In this document: piece after piece, positions 42,702 through 54,004 of the stretch | Numbering within the stretch: the first letter of the stretch is position 1 | Layout: every line of letters starts with the position of its first letter | DNA from: Candidatus Entotheonellaceae bacterium | GTDB taxonomy: Bacteria; Tectomicrobia; Entotheonellia; Entotheonellales; Entotheonellaceae | Direction of reading: 5' to 3' | NCBI GenBank assembly: GCA_965238075.1 | Contig: OZ250173.1 | Span: 1,760,001 to 1,824,000, forward strand | DNA length: 64,000 nt | Notes under the pieces: model-generated | What the model was told of the DNA's origin: nothing | The model's input: only the letters and a program-made list of their open reading frames with translations | The model's database searches: none | Program-made: the position numbers and the translations under genes

Positions 42702-43871
42702 ATGCAAGTGGCGGAGCGTATGTCCCGCTTGGGCACGGAAACGGCGTTCGAGGTGCTGGTGAAGGCCCGTGCCCTGGAAGCGCAAGGCCGTGACGTGGTG
42801 CACCTGGAGATCGGCGAGCCCGATTTCGACACCCCGCCGCACGTCATCGCGGCGGGCAAGCAGGCCCTCGATGAAGGATATACGCACTACGGGCCGTCCG
42901 CCGGCCTGCCGGAACTCCGCGAGGCGATTGCCGCCGACGTGGCCCACAGCCGCGGCATCGACGTGCGCATGTCGCAGGTGGTGGTGACGCCCGGCGCCAA
43001 GCCGATCATGTTCTTTGTCATCATGGCCCTGGCGCAGGCCGGCGACGAAGTGATCTACCCCGACCCCGGCTTTCCGATCTACGAGTCGGTGATTCGCTTC
43101 GTCGGCGCCACGCCGGTGCCCGTGCCGCTGCGCGAGGCGCGCGGCTTCAGCCTCGACGTGGACGAACTCAAAAGCCTCGTATCACCCCGCACGCGGCTGA
43201 TCATCATCAATTCCCCGCACAATCCCACCGGCGGCATGCTGCCGGAAGCGGACCTGCGCGCCATCGCCGACGTCGCCATGCAGCACGGCATCCCGGTTCT
43301 AACCGACGAGATTTACTCCCAAATGCTGTATGAGGGCACCTTCCACAGCATTTCCACCTACGACGGCATGGCGGACCTGGCGATCATCCTGGACGGCTTC
43401 TCGAAAACCTACGCCATGACGGGCTGGCGGCTCGGCTACGGCGTCATGCCCGAGCCGCTGGCGGACCACGTGACGCGCCTGATGACCAACTGCAATTCCT
43501 GCACCGCGTCGTTCACGCAGCGCGCCGGCCTGGCCGCCCTGCAGGGGCCGCAGGACGCCGTGGGCGAGATGATGTCCGAGTTCCGGCGCCGCCGAGACCT
43601 GTTCGTGGCCGGGCTGAACGCCATCGACGGCATCAGCTGTGTGGTGCCGGGCGGCGCCTTCTATGCCTTTCCGAACATCACCGGGCTCGGCCGCACGTCG
43701 AAGGAAGTGGCGGATTGCCTGCTGCAAGAAGGCGGCGTGGCGGCCCTGGCGGGCGATGACTTTGGCCCCAACGGCGCCGGCTACGTGCGCTTCTCGTACG
43801 CCAATTCGCTCGACAACCTGAAGAAGGCGCTCGAACGCGTCGCCGATTGCGCAGCCAAGCTGCGGGGCTGA
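42702..43871 (+). CDS. PLP-dependent class I/II aminotransferase (aspartate aminotransferase-like)
   Basis: IGEPDFDTP, NSPHNPTG, DEIY, GFSKTYAMTGWRLG, GAFYAF. Confidence 0.93.
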   Translation: MQVAERMSRLGTETAFEVLVKARALEAQGRDVVHLEIGEPDFDTPPHVIAAGKQALDEGYTHYGPSAGLPELREAIAADVAHSRGIDVRMSQVVVTPGAKPIMFFVIMALAQAGDEVIYPDPGFPIYESVIRFVGATPVPVPLREARGFSLDVDELKSLVSPRTRLIIINSPHNPTGGMLPEADLRAIADVAMQHGIPVLTDEIYSQMLYEGTFHSISTYDGMADLAIILDGFSKTYAMTGWRLGYGVMPEPLADHVTRLMTNCNSCTASFTQRAGLAALQGPQDAVGEMMSEFRRRRDLFVAGLNAIDGISCVVPGGAFYAFPNITGLGRTSKEVADCLLQEGGVAALAGDDFGPNGAGYVRFSYANSLDNLKKALERVADCAAKLRG

Positions 43872-43953
43872 GGCGTGGTGGCGCCTGCTGGAGCATTTCG
43901 GTCTCTGAAGGCATCAGACCATACCATGATGATGAACCGTCCAATGCCCCAAA

Positions 43954-44083
43954 GCGTCATTCCGGGCTTGACCCGGAATCCAGCGACCCTGGACCGACTT
44001 CGGGGCAGGCCCTTATCCCAGATGAACCTCCTGGACTCCGGCCCCGTATCAAGTACGGGGCAAGCTTTTCGCCGGAGTGACGC
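43954..44083. repeat. REP/RPE-like palindromic element with nested hairpins
   Basis: Outer GCGTCATTCCGG...CCGGAGTGACGC; inner ATTCCGGG-CTTGA-CCCGGAAT and CCCCGTA-TCAAG-TACGGGG. Confidence 0.8.
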
Positions 44084-44103
44084 GGCCTCAATCTTGAGCC
44101 GTC

Positions 44104-44934
44104 ATGATCCGAAGGCACTCTAGTCGGCCAACCGGCGGTAGGTGGCTGTTCTCCCTCCTGGTCCTATACGCCTGCCTGAGTTTGCTCGCCTGTTCCGATT
44201 CCCCGACCGGAAGTGACTCACCCGTTCTACCACCGCAGGCACCCGTCTATGGCTACACAGTCGTGCGCACCTATCCGCATGACCGTTCGGCGTTCACCCA
44301 GGGCTTGACGTTCGACGATCAGGGCGTGCTTTACGAGGGTACGGGACAGCGCGGCAACTCCTCGCTGCGCCGGGTGGAATTAAGCAGTGGAGCGATTCTG
44401 CAACGCCACGACCTGCCGCCCTCGTTATTCGGTGAGGGCATCACCGTTTTTGGCGACCGCATTATTCAGCTTACTTGGCAGGCCGGCCGCGCCTTCGTCT
44501 ACGACAAAGCCAGTTTCGCCCTTCTGCGGGAGTTCACCTACCGCACCGAAGGCTGGGGGCTGACGCACGACGGCCGCCGCTTCATCATGAGCAATGGCAC
44601 CGCCACCCTGTACTTCCTGCACCCTGACACGTTTGCCGAAACGGCCCGCCTGACCGTCCGCGACCACCGCGGCCCGGTAATTCGCCTGAACGAGCTGGAA
44701 TACGTTCGCGGGGAGATCCTGGCCAACATCTGGCAGACCGACCGAATTGCCCGCATTAACCCCCGCACGGGCCACGTAACCGGTTGGATCGATCTCACCG
44801 GCCTCCTTCAACCTGGTGACCGCCGTCAACCCGTCGACGTCCTCAACGGCATCGCCTACGACGCCCGCACTGACCGCCTCTTCGTCACCGGAAAATGGTG
44901 GCCCAAGCTCTTCCAGATCACCCTGACCCGGTAG
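44104..44934 (+). CDS. Glutaminyl-peptide cyclotransferase (lipoprotein)
   Basis: YPHD..FTQGL, FGEG, QLTW, EGWGL, LNELE, VLNGIA, TGKWWP; lipobox LLAC. Confidence 0.92.
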   Translation: MIRRHSSRPTGGRWLFSLLVLYACLSLLACSDSPTGSDSPVLPPQAPVYGYTVVRTYPHDRSAFTQGLTFDDQGVLYEGTGQRGNSSLRRVELSSGAILQRHDLPPSLFGEGITVFGDRIIQLTWQAGRAFVYDKASFALLREFTYRTEGWGLTHDGRRFIMSNGTATLYFLHPDTFAETARLTVRDHRGPVIRLNELEYVRGEILANIWQTDRIARINPRTGHVTGWIDLTGLLQPGDRRQPVDVLNGIAYDARTDRLFVTGKWWPKLFQITLTR

Positions 44935-45045
44935 GGCCGTATCGTGGACTTGAAAACGCTGACGGCGTAGCATGACGCCCGCGTATCCGGCAACCCACGA
45001 TTTTGGCTGACGCGGGGCAACAACCCCGTTACGAAAGGGAGCGAC

Positions 45046-46278
45046 ATGGCTGACCTGAGGATTAACGGCGCCCGCTTGTGGGAGTCGCTGATGACCCTGG
45101 CGCGCATCGGTGAAACGCCGCGCGGCGGCGTCTGCCGCGTGGCCCTGAGCGACGTGGACCGCGAGGGCCGCGACCTGTTCGTGCGCTGGGCGCAGGAGGC
45201 CGGCTGCACGGTCGAGATCGATCAAATGGGCAACATCTTCGCGCGCCGCGCCGGTGCCGATCCGACCCTGGCGCCCGTGATGACCGGCAGCCATCTCGAT
45301 ACCCAGCCCACCGGCGGCAAGTTTGACGGCGCCTATGGGGTGCTCGCCGGCCTGGAGGTCCTCCGCACCCTCAACGACGCCAACCACACCACGCGGCGCC
45401 CCGTGGAGGTGGTGGCGTGGACGAACGAGGAGGGTTGCCGCTTCGCCCCCGCCATGCTGGCCTCAGGCGTGTTTGGCGGCGAGTTCAGCCTCGAATACGG
45501 CCTGACGCGGGCCGACCACGACGGCGTCACCGTGGCCCAGGAGCTGGACCGCATCGGCTACGCCGGCTCGCGGCCCTGCGGCGGCCAGCCGGTGCACACC
45601 TTCTTCGAGGCGCATATCGAGCAGGGGCCGCTGCTGGAAGCGAACGAGTGCGTCATCGGCGTGGTGCAGGGGCTGCAAGGGCAGCGCTGGTTCGACTGCG
45701 CCATCGAAGGCATGGAATCGCACGCCGGCACGACCCCCATGCCGCGGCGGCGCGACGCGCTGTGCGGCGCCGCCCGGATCGTTACCGCCGTGCAGCAAGC
45801 CGCCCTGGCGCAGGCGCCGCATGGCGTCGGCACGGTCGGCGATCTGCGGGTGCACCCCAACTCGCGCAACGTCATTCCCGGACGGGTAGATTTCACGGTT
45901 GATCTGCGGCACCCTGACGATGCGGCCCTGGCAGCCATGGCGAGCGCCCTGCGGGAAGCCGTGGCGGGAGTCGAGACGGCCACGGGGCTGACCGCCTCGC
46001 TCGACGAAATCTGGTACGCGCCGCCGACGTCTTTTGACCCCGGCAGCGTCGCCGCCGTGCGCCGCGCCGCCCAAAACCTGGAATTGCCGCACATGGACGT
46101 GATCAGCGGCGCCGGTCACGACGCCAAGTACGTGGCAAAGCTGTGCCCGGCGGCGATGATTTTCATCCCCTGCAAGGACGGCATCAGCCACAACGAGATT
46201 GAAGACGCGACACCGGAACATACCGCTGCCGGTTGCGACGCGTTGTTGCACGCCATTCTGGAGACGGACGGCGCGTGA
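45046..46278 (+). CDS. M20 Zn-dependent amidohydrolase (hydantoin carbamoylase/beta-ureidopropionase type)
   Basis: GSHLDTQPTGGKFDG, WTNEEG, EAHIEQG, HAGTTPM, SGAGHDA, SHNE. Confidence 0.92.
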   Translation: MADLRINGARLWESLMTLARIGETPRGGVCRVALSDVDREGRDLFVRWAQEAGCTVEIDQMGNIFARRAGADPTLAPVMTGSHLDTQPTGGKFDGAYGVLAGLEVLRTLNDANHTTRRPVEVVAWTNEEGCRFAPAMLASGVFGGEFSLEYGLTRADHDGVTVAQELDRIGYAGSRPCGGQPVHTFFEAHIEQGPLLEANECVIGVVQGLQGQRWFDCAIEGMESHAGTTPMPRRRDALCGAARIVTAVQQAALAQAPHGVGTVGDLRVHPNSRNVIPGRVDFTVDLRHPDDAALAAMASALREAVAGVETATGLTASLDEIWYAPPTSFDPGSVAAVRRAAQNLELPHMDVISGAGHDAKYVAKLCPAAMIFIPCKDGISHNEIEDATPEHTAAGCDALLHAILETDGA

Positions 46279-46342
46279 CGGATCAGGAAGGTGGATGCTG
46301 CCCGACAGCAGGCGTTGGGCCGTGCCGTCGGGCGTCCGGGGA

Positions 46343-47515
46343 TCAGACCGCAACGGTCACTGACTTGAAGGCCGGCATGACCGCCTCGGCGAAGCAGGCG
46401 AGTTGGTCCTGGAATTGGGCGTTCGACAGGCCCATGGGAAAGCCGATGAGGATGTGTTCCAGGCCGGGATAGCGCTCTTGCAGTTCCTGCAGGTAGGCGA
46501 CCATGTCCGGCGGTGTTCCCGCGAACCAGGCGCGGTTGTTGATAACATCTTCGAAGTTGCTGCCCGCCGCGATGTGGGTGGCTACGCCGGCCGGGCCCGT
46601 GGCCTTCATCTGCTTCTCGTTGTAGCGCAGCATGCCGAGCGGCGCGGCAAACTTGACGTGCTCCTCGAAGATCGGCTCCAGCGTCCGCTTGGCGCTCTCG
46701 GCGCTCGAATCGAGATAGCACCACAGACCCAGCGCCAGATTCTCACCCAGCGCCAAATCCCGTCCGTGGCGGGCGTTGACTTCCTGAAAACGCTGCATCC
46801 AGCCCTCGATATACTCGGCCGCCGTTCCCAGAATCACTCCCTTGATGCCGTGCTTGGCCATGAAATTGAGGCCGCGCTCGGAGCCGCTGACCATCGGCTG
46901 CCACGTCTCAACCGGCAGATTGAAGGGGCGCGGCACCAGGGTGATGTCCTGCAGTTGGTAGCCGCGGTACGGCACCTCGGGCGGCAGGGTGTAGTGCTTG
47001 CCGCGGTGCGAAAACGACGGCTCGTTGAACGCCTTCATGATGATCTCGAACTGCTCCTCGAACAGCTCGCGATTGGCGTCGGCATCGAGCATCGGGGCGC
47101 CGAAGGCTTCCACCTCACGGGTATGGTAGCCCCGTCCCACCCCGAAGATCACCCGGCCGCCCGTCAAGATATCGGCCATGGCGAAATCCTCGGCCAGCCG
47201 GATGGGGTGCCACATCGGCAGGATGTTGAAGCCGCAGCCGAACTTCAGGCGCTGGGTGAACTGCGACAGCCACACGCTCAGCATCAGCAGGTTCGGGATC
47301 GTTTCGTACCCCTCACGCTGGAAGTGATGCTCGGCCATCCACAGCGTGTCGTAGCCCAGGTCTTCCATGCGCGAGGCCAGGTCCTTGGCGATGCTGAATG
47401 ACAGGGCCAGCCGCTCATTGTCCCACGTGCGGTCGTCGTGCGGCGTGCCGTTGAAGCCGATGTTCTCTCCCTCCAAGACGTGCCCGGCGTAGAGCACCGA
47501 GAAATTGCCAAGCAT
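46343..47515 (-). CDS. Luciferase-like (LLM) flavin-dependent oxidoreductase
   Basis: WMAEHHF, HPIRLAEDFAMAD, GVGRGY, FAEAVMP. Confidence 0.9.
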   Translation of the reverse strand: MLGNFSVLYAGHVLEGENIGFNGTPHDDRTWDNERLALSFSIAKDLASRMEDLGYDTLWMAEHHFQREGYETIPNLLMLSVWLSQFTQRLKFGCGFNILPMWHPIRLAEDFAMADILTGGRVIFGVGRGYHTREVEAFGAPMLDADANRELFEEQFEIIMKAFNEPSFSHRGKHYTLPPEVPYRGYQLQDITLVPRPFNLPVETWQPMVSGSERGLNFMAKHGIKGVILGTAAEYIEGWMQRFQEVNARHGRDLALGENLALGLWCYLDSSAESAKRTLEPIFEEHVKFAAPLGMLRYNEKQMKATGPAGVATHIAAGSNFEDVINNRAWFAGTPPDMVAYLQELQERYPGLEHILIGFPMGLSNAQFQDQLACFAEAVMPAFKSVTVAV

Positions 47516-47629
47516 GCTTCTGCCTCCTCTGGTCTTGCCGCGGCAAGGCGGCCGCGGCCGGTTCGGTAGCGTTGCGTAAAGGCCGTATCATAGCATCAAA
47601 TCGGGCGCGCCAAGCGATGGCGGTTCGGC

Positions 47630-49192
47630 TCACTGCCGCCGCGCAAACCTTTCCCTCAGGATACCGGCGATGTCCCGCGCCGGAGGCAGCGGCATACACC
47701 AAGTGACGCCCCCATACGCCAGGCCCGCCGCCAGCATGGGCACGAACACCGCGCCGAGGCGGACGCCGATGGAACCGGCGCCAAGCCGCAACTCCCACCA
47801 CGTCAGAACACCCCAGGCCACCGCGCCGGAGACAGCCGCAGCCAGAGCGATCCAGCCGCTTTCACGCCGCAGACGGCGCAGGTCGAGGCCGTTCACGTGG
47901 CGGCGCAAGGCGCGCACCAGCAGCGCAACCTGGCACATGGCGCTGAGGGTGTTGGCAGTCGCCAAACCGGCTTGTTCAAAGGGAAAGATGAGGATCAGGG
48001 CGAGCACCAGGTTCAGACCCAGGCATAGAATGCTGAGACGCACCGGAACCTTGACCTCGCCGAGAGCGTAGAAGGCGCGCGTCAGGCTGCCCACGCACGA
48101 AAAGGCGATCAGGCCGGGGGCGAGGCAGGCCAGCGGCAGGGCCGTGCGCTGCGTCGCCAGGGGGTCGAAGGCGCCGCGCTCCAGGATGAGGCGCACGATC
48201 GGCACGGCCAGCACGAAGGCCATGGTGGCGGCAAAGGCGTTGATGTAAACAAGATACCCCAGCCCCTGGCTCAGGGTGACTTTGAAGTCGTCAAAGCGCT
48301 TTTCCGCCGCCAAGCCCGACAGGGTCGGCAGCAGGAAGGTGAACAGAGAGACGCCGACCACGCCCTGCGGGAACTCCATCAGGCGCACGGCGTAGTTGAA
48401 CGAGGCGATGATTTCGGGGTTGATCAGAAACGCGGCGCCCTGCGTCACCAGCATGTTGAGCTGGAACGCCGCCACCCCCACGGTGCCCGGAATCATTTTG
48501 CGCGCCACCGTTCGCACCGAGTCGTGGCGCCAGGGCGTCACCCAGCGGTAGCGGAAGCCCGTGCGGTACAGGGTCGGGAGCTGGTAGGCGGCCTGCGCGA
48601 CGCCGGCGACCAGAACGCCATAGGCCAGGGCGAAAATCTGCCGTTCAAGGCCGCCCGCCATGCGTCGCGCGAACACCAGCACCGCGATGATCATCACCAC
48701 GTTCAGCAGCGCGGCGCCCAGGGCGGGGATGAAGAAAAAGCCCCGCGCGTTGAGCATGCCCATGAAAATCGCCGCCAGGCACACCCAACCCATGTACGGG
48801 AACATGACGGCGAGCAATTGCAGCATGAGCCGCACATCGCCCTGCGGGTTGGCCCACGCCAAATAGCCGCTGACGCCGAACAGGACCGCGGCAATCACCG
48901 CCAGCGCGGTCACCAGGAAGCCGGAGATCACCGCGTTGGCCATCTGCCACATGGCGGCGTCGCCCGCCGCCACCTCTTTTTCCTTCAGGAGGGGCAGGAA
49001 GACCGCGGTCAGCGCCCCCTCGCCGAGCAGGCGGCGAAAGAGATTGGGAATCATGAAGGCGAGGTCGAACGCGCCCTTGACCGGCCCGGCGCCCAGGAAA
49101 TGCGCGTAGACCATCTCCCTGAGCAACCCCAGCACCCGGCTGGCCACCGTCGCGGCCGCCATGGCGGCGCTGGATTTCAGCATCTGTGACAT
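47630..49192 (-). CDS. murJ: Lipid II flippase MurJ
   Basis: SRVLGLLRE, AFMIPNLFRRLLGEGAL, RLMEFPQG, RAFYA; multi-TM. Confidence 0.93.
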   Translation of the reverse strand: MSQMLKSSAAMAAATVASRVLGLLREMVYAHFLGAGPVKGAFDLAFMIPNLFRRLLGEGALTAVFLPLLKEKEVAAGDAAMWQMANAVISGFLVTALAVIAAVLFGVSGYLAWANPQGDVRLMLQLLAVMFPYMGWVCLAAIFMGMLNARGFFFIPALGAALLNVVMIIAVLVFARRMAGGLERQIFALAYGVLVAGVAQAAYQLPTLYRTGFRYRWVTPWRHDSVRTVARKMIPGTVGVAAFQLNMLVTQGAAFLINPEIIASFNYAVRLMEFPQGVVGVSLFTFLLPTLSGLAAEKRFDDFKVTLSQGLGYLVYINAFAATMAFVLAVPIVRLILERGAFDPLATQRTALPLACLAPGLIAFSCVGSLTRAFYALGEVKVPVRLSILCLGLNLVLALILIFPFEQAGLATANTLSAMCQVALLVRALRRHVNGLDLRRLRRESGWIALAAAVSGAVAWGVLTWWELRLGAGSIGVRLGAVFVPMLAAGLAYGGVTWCMPLPPARDIAGILRERFARRQ

Positions 49193-49217
49193 GCGGCAAC
49201 CTTGCTTCGCATTGACC
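49158..49217. repeat. Direct repeat copy 1 (murJ 5' end plus upstream bases)
   Basis: Aligns by eye with 50221-50281 (about 7 mismatches and 1 indel over 60 bp). Confidence 0.85.
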
Positions 49218-49362
49218 GCTGTAAGCACGTCGTGCTACACGTTGGCAGGCAGCAACAGACGGTGCCTTGCAGGGAAATGACTACCGACAGACTGACGCAT
49301 GGTAGCAAAGCCCGGCGCCCGGACACAGGGCGAGCCGGGCAAGTCGGGAAAAGGGCGAAGCG

Positions 49363-49653
49363 ATGAATAAAGAGCAGGCATTAACACTGCTGCGAGATCA
49401 CAAAGCGGTCCTGGTGCAACGTTTCGGTGTTGTCGATATCGCGCTTTTCGGATCAACCGCTCGCGATGAGGCCACATCTGGCAGCGACATGGACATTCTG
49501 ATCCGTTTTGACGGGCCGGCTACGTCCAAGCGCTACTTCGGGGTGCAATTCTACCTGGAAGACCTGCCGGGTCTCCCCGTTGATCTAATCACTGACAAAG
49601 CACTGCGCCCGGAACTTCGCCCGTACGTCGAGCGAGAGGCCATTCATGTCTGA
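49363..49653 (+). CDS. Minimal nucleotidyltransferase (MNT antitoxin)
   Basis: LFGSTARDEA...SDMD (GS-x10-DxD), VDL, followed by a HEPN-like start. Confidence 0.9.
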   Translation: MNKEQALTLLRDHKAVLVQRFGVVDIALFGSTARDEATSGSDMDILIRFDGPATSKRYFGVQFYLEDLPGLPVDLITDKALRPELRPYVEREAIHV

Positions 49654-49734
49654 TGCCGGTCAAGAGCCGCGGGAATGGCGTTTCTACGTGAATGACATGA
49701 TCAAATTCGCCGAGAAAGTCCAACTCTTTACCGG
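49646..49734 (+). pseudogene. HEPN/DUF86 toxin, N-terminal fragment only
   Basis: REWRFYVNDMIKFAEKV overlaps the MNT stop; no RNxxxH motif follows. Confidence 0.7.
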
Positions 49735-50056
49735 TTCCGCGGCCAGGAAGCGTGACGCACCGAGTTCACCGTTACGAGAGATACCGGGAATTCCCAATGG
49801 CCACTCGCCTTTGCCGAAGACGACCTCGGCATCGGTAACCGGCTTACCCTGCTTGATACGGAAATCCTCGACAACCTGAAGGCTACCCAACTCCGCAACG
49901 GCTTACCTCCCTCCGACGCCCTGGATTCCGGCGATTTCACCGTGTAGATGGAGACCGGGACCGGCAAGACCAACGTGTACCTACGCACCATTCTTGAGCT
50001 GAACAAACGCTACGGCTTCACCAAATCTTGATCGTCGTGCCGTCCGTCGCCATCAG
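49735..50056 (+). pseudogene. Type III restriction endonuclease (Res) fragment
   Basis: FRGQEA*RTEFTV..LGIGNRLTL..QLRNGL..DFTV*METGTGKTNVYLRTILELNKRYGFTK / IVVPSVAI, with stops and a frameshift. Confidence 0.8.
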
Positions 50057-50220
50057 TCCGCAGCTTCAGATCATGTTGGCAACAGTCGGCACTATCAGCG
50101 GCAAGGCGCACTTCGGCGCCCTCAGCGTAGGGGAGTCGCCAGCCCCAGGTACGAGGTGGCGACCGGCGTTGAAGAACTCTGGCGGGTATAGGTGCGGGAT
50201 GATCGATACAGGGATGGGCT

Positions 50221-50281
50221 GCCATGGCCGCGCTGGATTTCAGCATCTGCGACACGAGGCAACCCTGCCTTCACATGGACC
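50221..50281. repeat. Direct repeat copy 2 (orphan murJ 5' end)
   Basis: Minus strand encodes (V/M)SQMLKSSAAMA, identical to the MurJ N-terminus. Confidence 0.85.
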
Positions 50282-50297
50282 AACGAATTTCCGGACC

Positions 50298-51542
<1,245 letters not shown>

Positions 51543-51785
51543 ATTGATCCTTCTTTAACAGGGATGGACCTGAGTCCATCATGAATTCGGCACCTCTATG
51601 ATTTGCCGATTTTCCGGTTTTTGTACACAGGTAACCGGCAACCTGGCAGGCTTCCATACCAAATGAAAGCCGATTTTCGTGCGGGGGGCTTGGACGAAGG
51701 CGACCCCTTCCCCGTGGAGAGGGAGGGGCTGACTCGGCCGAAGCGCGGAGAGCGGCCCCGGCCGAAGCCAATCCAGGCGGGTGGG

Positions 51786-52895
51786 TTAGGAAATATGGGC
51801 GCCCTTCGTTTCAACGTACACGGCGTAGAGCGACTGGCTGCCCGTCATGAACAGACGGTTGCGCTTGGTGCCGCCGAAACACACGTTGGAGCAGATTTCA
51901 GGCAGGAGGATATGACCGATGCGATCGCCGTTCGGCGCGAAGATGTGCACACCGTCGTAGCCGTCGCCAACCCAACCGGCGCTGGCCCAGATGTTGCCGT
52001 CCACGTCAGCCCGGATGCCGTCGGCAAAACCGGCCTTGCCGTTGAACTCCATGGTCGTGAACTGCCGCGTGTTCTTCAGGCTCGTGCCGTCGACGATGTC
52101 CCACATCTTGATGTCCTGCGGTACGCCCGGATAGTGCGAGGCGCCGGTGTCAGCAGCGTACAGTTTGGTGTAGTCGCTCGAAAAACACAAGCCGTTGGGC
52201 TTGTAAATTTCGTCCGTCACCTTAGCGGTGTTGCCCGTTTGGGCGTCGATGCGGTAAATGGCTTCCTTCTGGTAGGGCTGCACCGAGCCCGTATCCGCCT
52301 TGTGGCCCTCGTAATTCATCAGGCTGCCGTAGCCGGGGTCGGTGAACCAGATGCCGCCGTCGTTGGGGTGCACCACGGCGTCATTCGGCGCATTGAACGG
52401 CTTGCCGCCGAACGAATCGGCCAGCACGGTGATGGTGCCGTCATACTCGTAGCGCACCACGCGCCGGTTGCCGTGCTCACAGGCGATCTGCCGCCCCTGG
52501 TAGTCGAAGGTGTTGCCGTTGCTGTTGCCGGAGGGGTAGCGGAACTGCCTGGACACGTGGCCGTCTTCCTCGATCCAGCGCAGTTGTTCGTTGCTGGGAA
52601 TATCGCTCCACAGCAGATAGCGCCCGACCCCGTTCCAGGCCGGTCCCTCGGCCCACAGCGTGCCGGTGTGCAGGCGCAGGATGGGGGTGTTGCCGATTTT
52701 GTATTTGAAGCGTTTATCGAGAGGAATGACATCGGGCTCGGGGTAACGCACCGGCTCCGTGCCCGGGCTGAAATTGCGTGCGAAGGCGTCCGATGCCATC
52801 GCCGTGACTGCGGCCAGGGAAGCGGCGGCCTGCACAAATGTCCGCCGCGACATGGGGTTGTCGTCTTGGCGCTGCAGCGTTTCTTCTTGCTTCAT
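51786..52895 (-). CDS. SMP-30/gluconolactonase with Tat signal
   Basis: SRRTFV twin-Arg, WAEGPAW, NAPND, PNGL, ADG, NVCFGG. Confidence 0.9.
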   Translation of the reverse strand: MKQEETLQRQDDNPMSRRTFVQAAASLAAVTAMASDAFARNFSPGTEPVRYPEPDVIPLDKRFKYKIGNTPILRLHTGTLWAEGPAWNGVGRYLLWSDIPSNEQLRWIEEDGHVSRQFRYPSGNSNGNTFDYQGRQIACEHGNRRVVRYEYDGTITVLADSFGGKPFNAPNDAVVHPNDGGIWFTDPGYGSLMNYEGHKADTGSVQPYQKEAIYRIDAQTGNTAKVTDEIYKPNGLCFSSDYTKLYAADTGASHYPGVPQDIKMWDIVDGTSLKNTRQFTTMEFNGKAGFADGIRADVDGNIWASAGWVGDGYDGVHIFAPNGDRIGHILLPEICSNVCFGGTKRNRLFMTGSQSLYAVYVETKGAHIS

Positions 52896-52928
52896 CCCTC
52901 AATCCTCCTCGGTGGGGTGTTCGAACAA

Positions 52929-52952
52929 AGCCTGTCCCCGCGAAAGCGGGGA
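52929..52952. repeat. Short REP-like hairpin
   Basis: AGCCTG followed by TCCCCGC-GAAA-GCGGGGA. Confidence 0.6.
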
Positions 52953-53023
52953 TTGGCCTCCCACGCCTTTGTGGGCTCCCGGGCGGTAGGCCCGAAAACA
53001 ACACATCATATCACATATCACGC

Positions 53024-53854
53024 TCAACCCACGCCTATCCAGCCGAATCCCGCCATGAACAGCACCCCCAGAATGACCACGGCGCTGAGCAATACCTTAC
53101 CACTATGCTGCCTGTGAATGACCGGCAACAGGTCGCTGGTGGCCACGTGGATGAACGAGCCAGCCGAAAAGCATAACATGGCCCCCAACAGCCACACGGG
53201 CAGGCCGAAAAGCACCAGGAAGGCCAGCACCGCGCCCACCGGCACCATGGCGTTGAAGATGGTGAGGTAGATGAGGGACGTGCGGTTCGGGTAGTGGTCG
53301 GCCTTTAACGCCGAGGTCAGCGAGAAAGCAGCGGGCATCTTGTGGAAGATGATGGCCACGAACACCAGACCGCCCAAGGCAAAATCGTCGCCGCCCGCCA
53401 CCGCCGTGCCGAGCGCGATGCCGTCGATGAGGGTGTGCATGGACAGCGCGATGAAGGCGCTCAGGCCGCCCAGCTGATGCACGGCGCGGTCGCTCACCGA
53501 CTCCGCAGCGTGCGCCGCCCCGCTGTGGCCGATGTGCTCCTCGTGATCGTGGCCGAGATGCGGCAGCGCGAGGTTTTCGAGCAGGTACATGGCCAGAAAG
53601 CCGACCGTGATCGCCGCCGCCGCCACGAAGCCGGCCTCCACGTCGGCCCACGGCAGGCCCTCCTCAATGTGCTCCCAGCCTTCCGGCAGCATCAGAAACA
53701 GCGCCGCGGCAAACAGCGTGCCGCCGCCGAAGGCGATCATCAACGACAGCTTGTCGACGGTCCATTCCCTGTAAAGCGGGATGCAGCCGCCGATCATGCC
53801 GACGACGAAAATGCTGCCTGACAAGACCAGTAGTGTGATGAAGGCTGCTTCCAT
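53024..53854 (-). CDS. ZIP family metal transporter, copy 1
   Basis: FGGG.L, MLPE, His-rich loop, HTLIDG, HKMP, SAGSFIHVATSDLLP. Confidence 0.9.
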   Translation of the reverse strand: MEAAFITLLVLSGSIFVVGMIGGCIPLYREWTVDKLSLMIAFGGGTLFAAALFLMLPEGWEHIEEGLPWADVEAGFVAAAAITVGFLAMYLLENLALPHLGHDHEEHIGHSGAAHAAESVSDRAVHQLGGLSAFIALSMHTLIDGIALGTAVAGGDDFALGGLVFVAIIFHKMPAAFSLTSALKADHYPNRTSLIYLTIFNAMVPVGAVLAFLVLFGLPVWLLGAMLCFSAGSFIHVATSDLLPVIHRQHSGKVLLSAVVILGVLFMAGFGWIGVG

Positions 53855-54004
53855 GACGGTCTCCTCCAGCTCTGATTCGAGGTGGCGACGACGCGCGACC
53901 TATTCGGGGGCTCATCGCAGTGCCCCGCAACCCTGTCACCGGCTATAGATATCGCAATATCAAATTCAGAATTCGCCTCACAGCCCTTTCGAGCGCGGAG
54001 CCGT

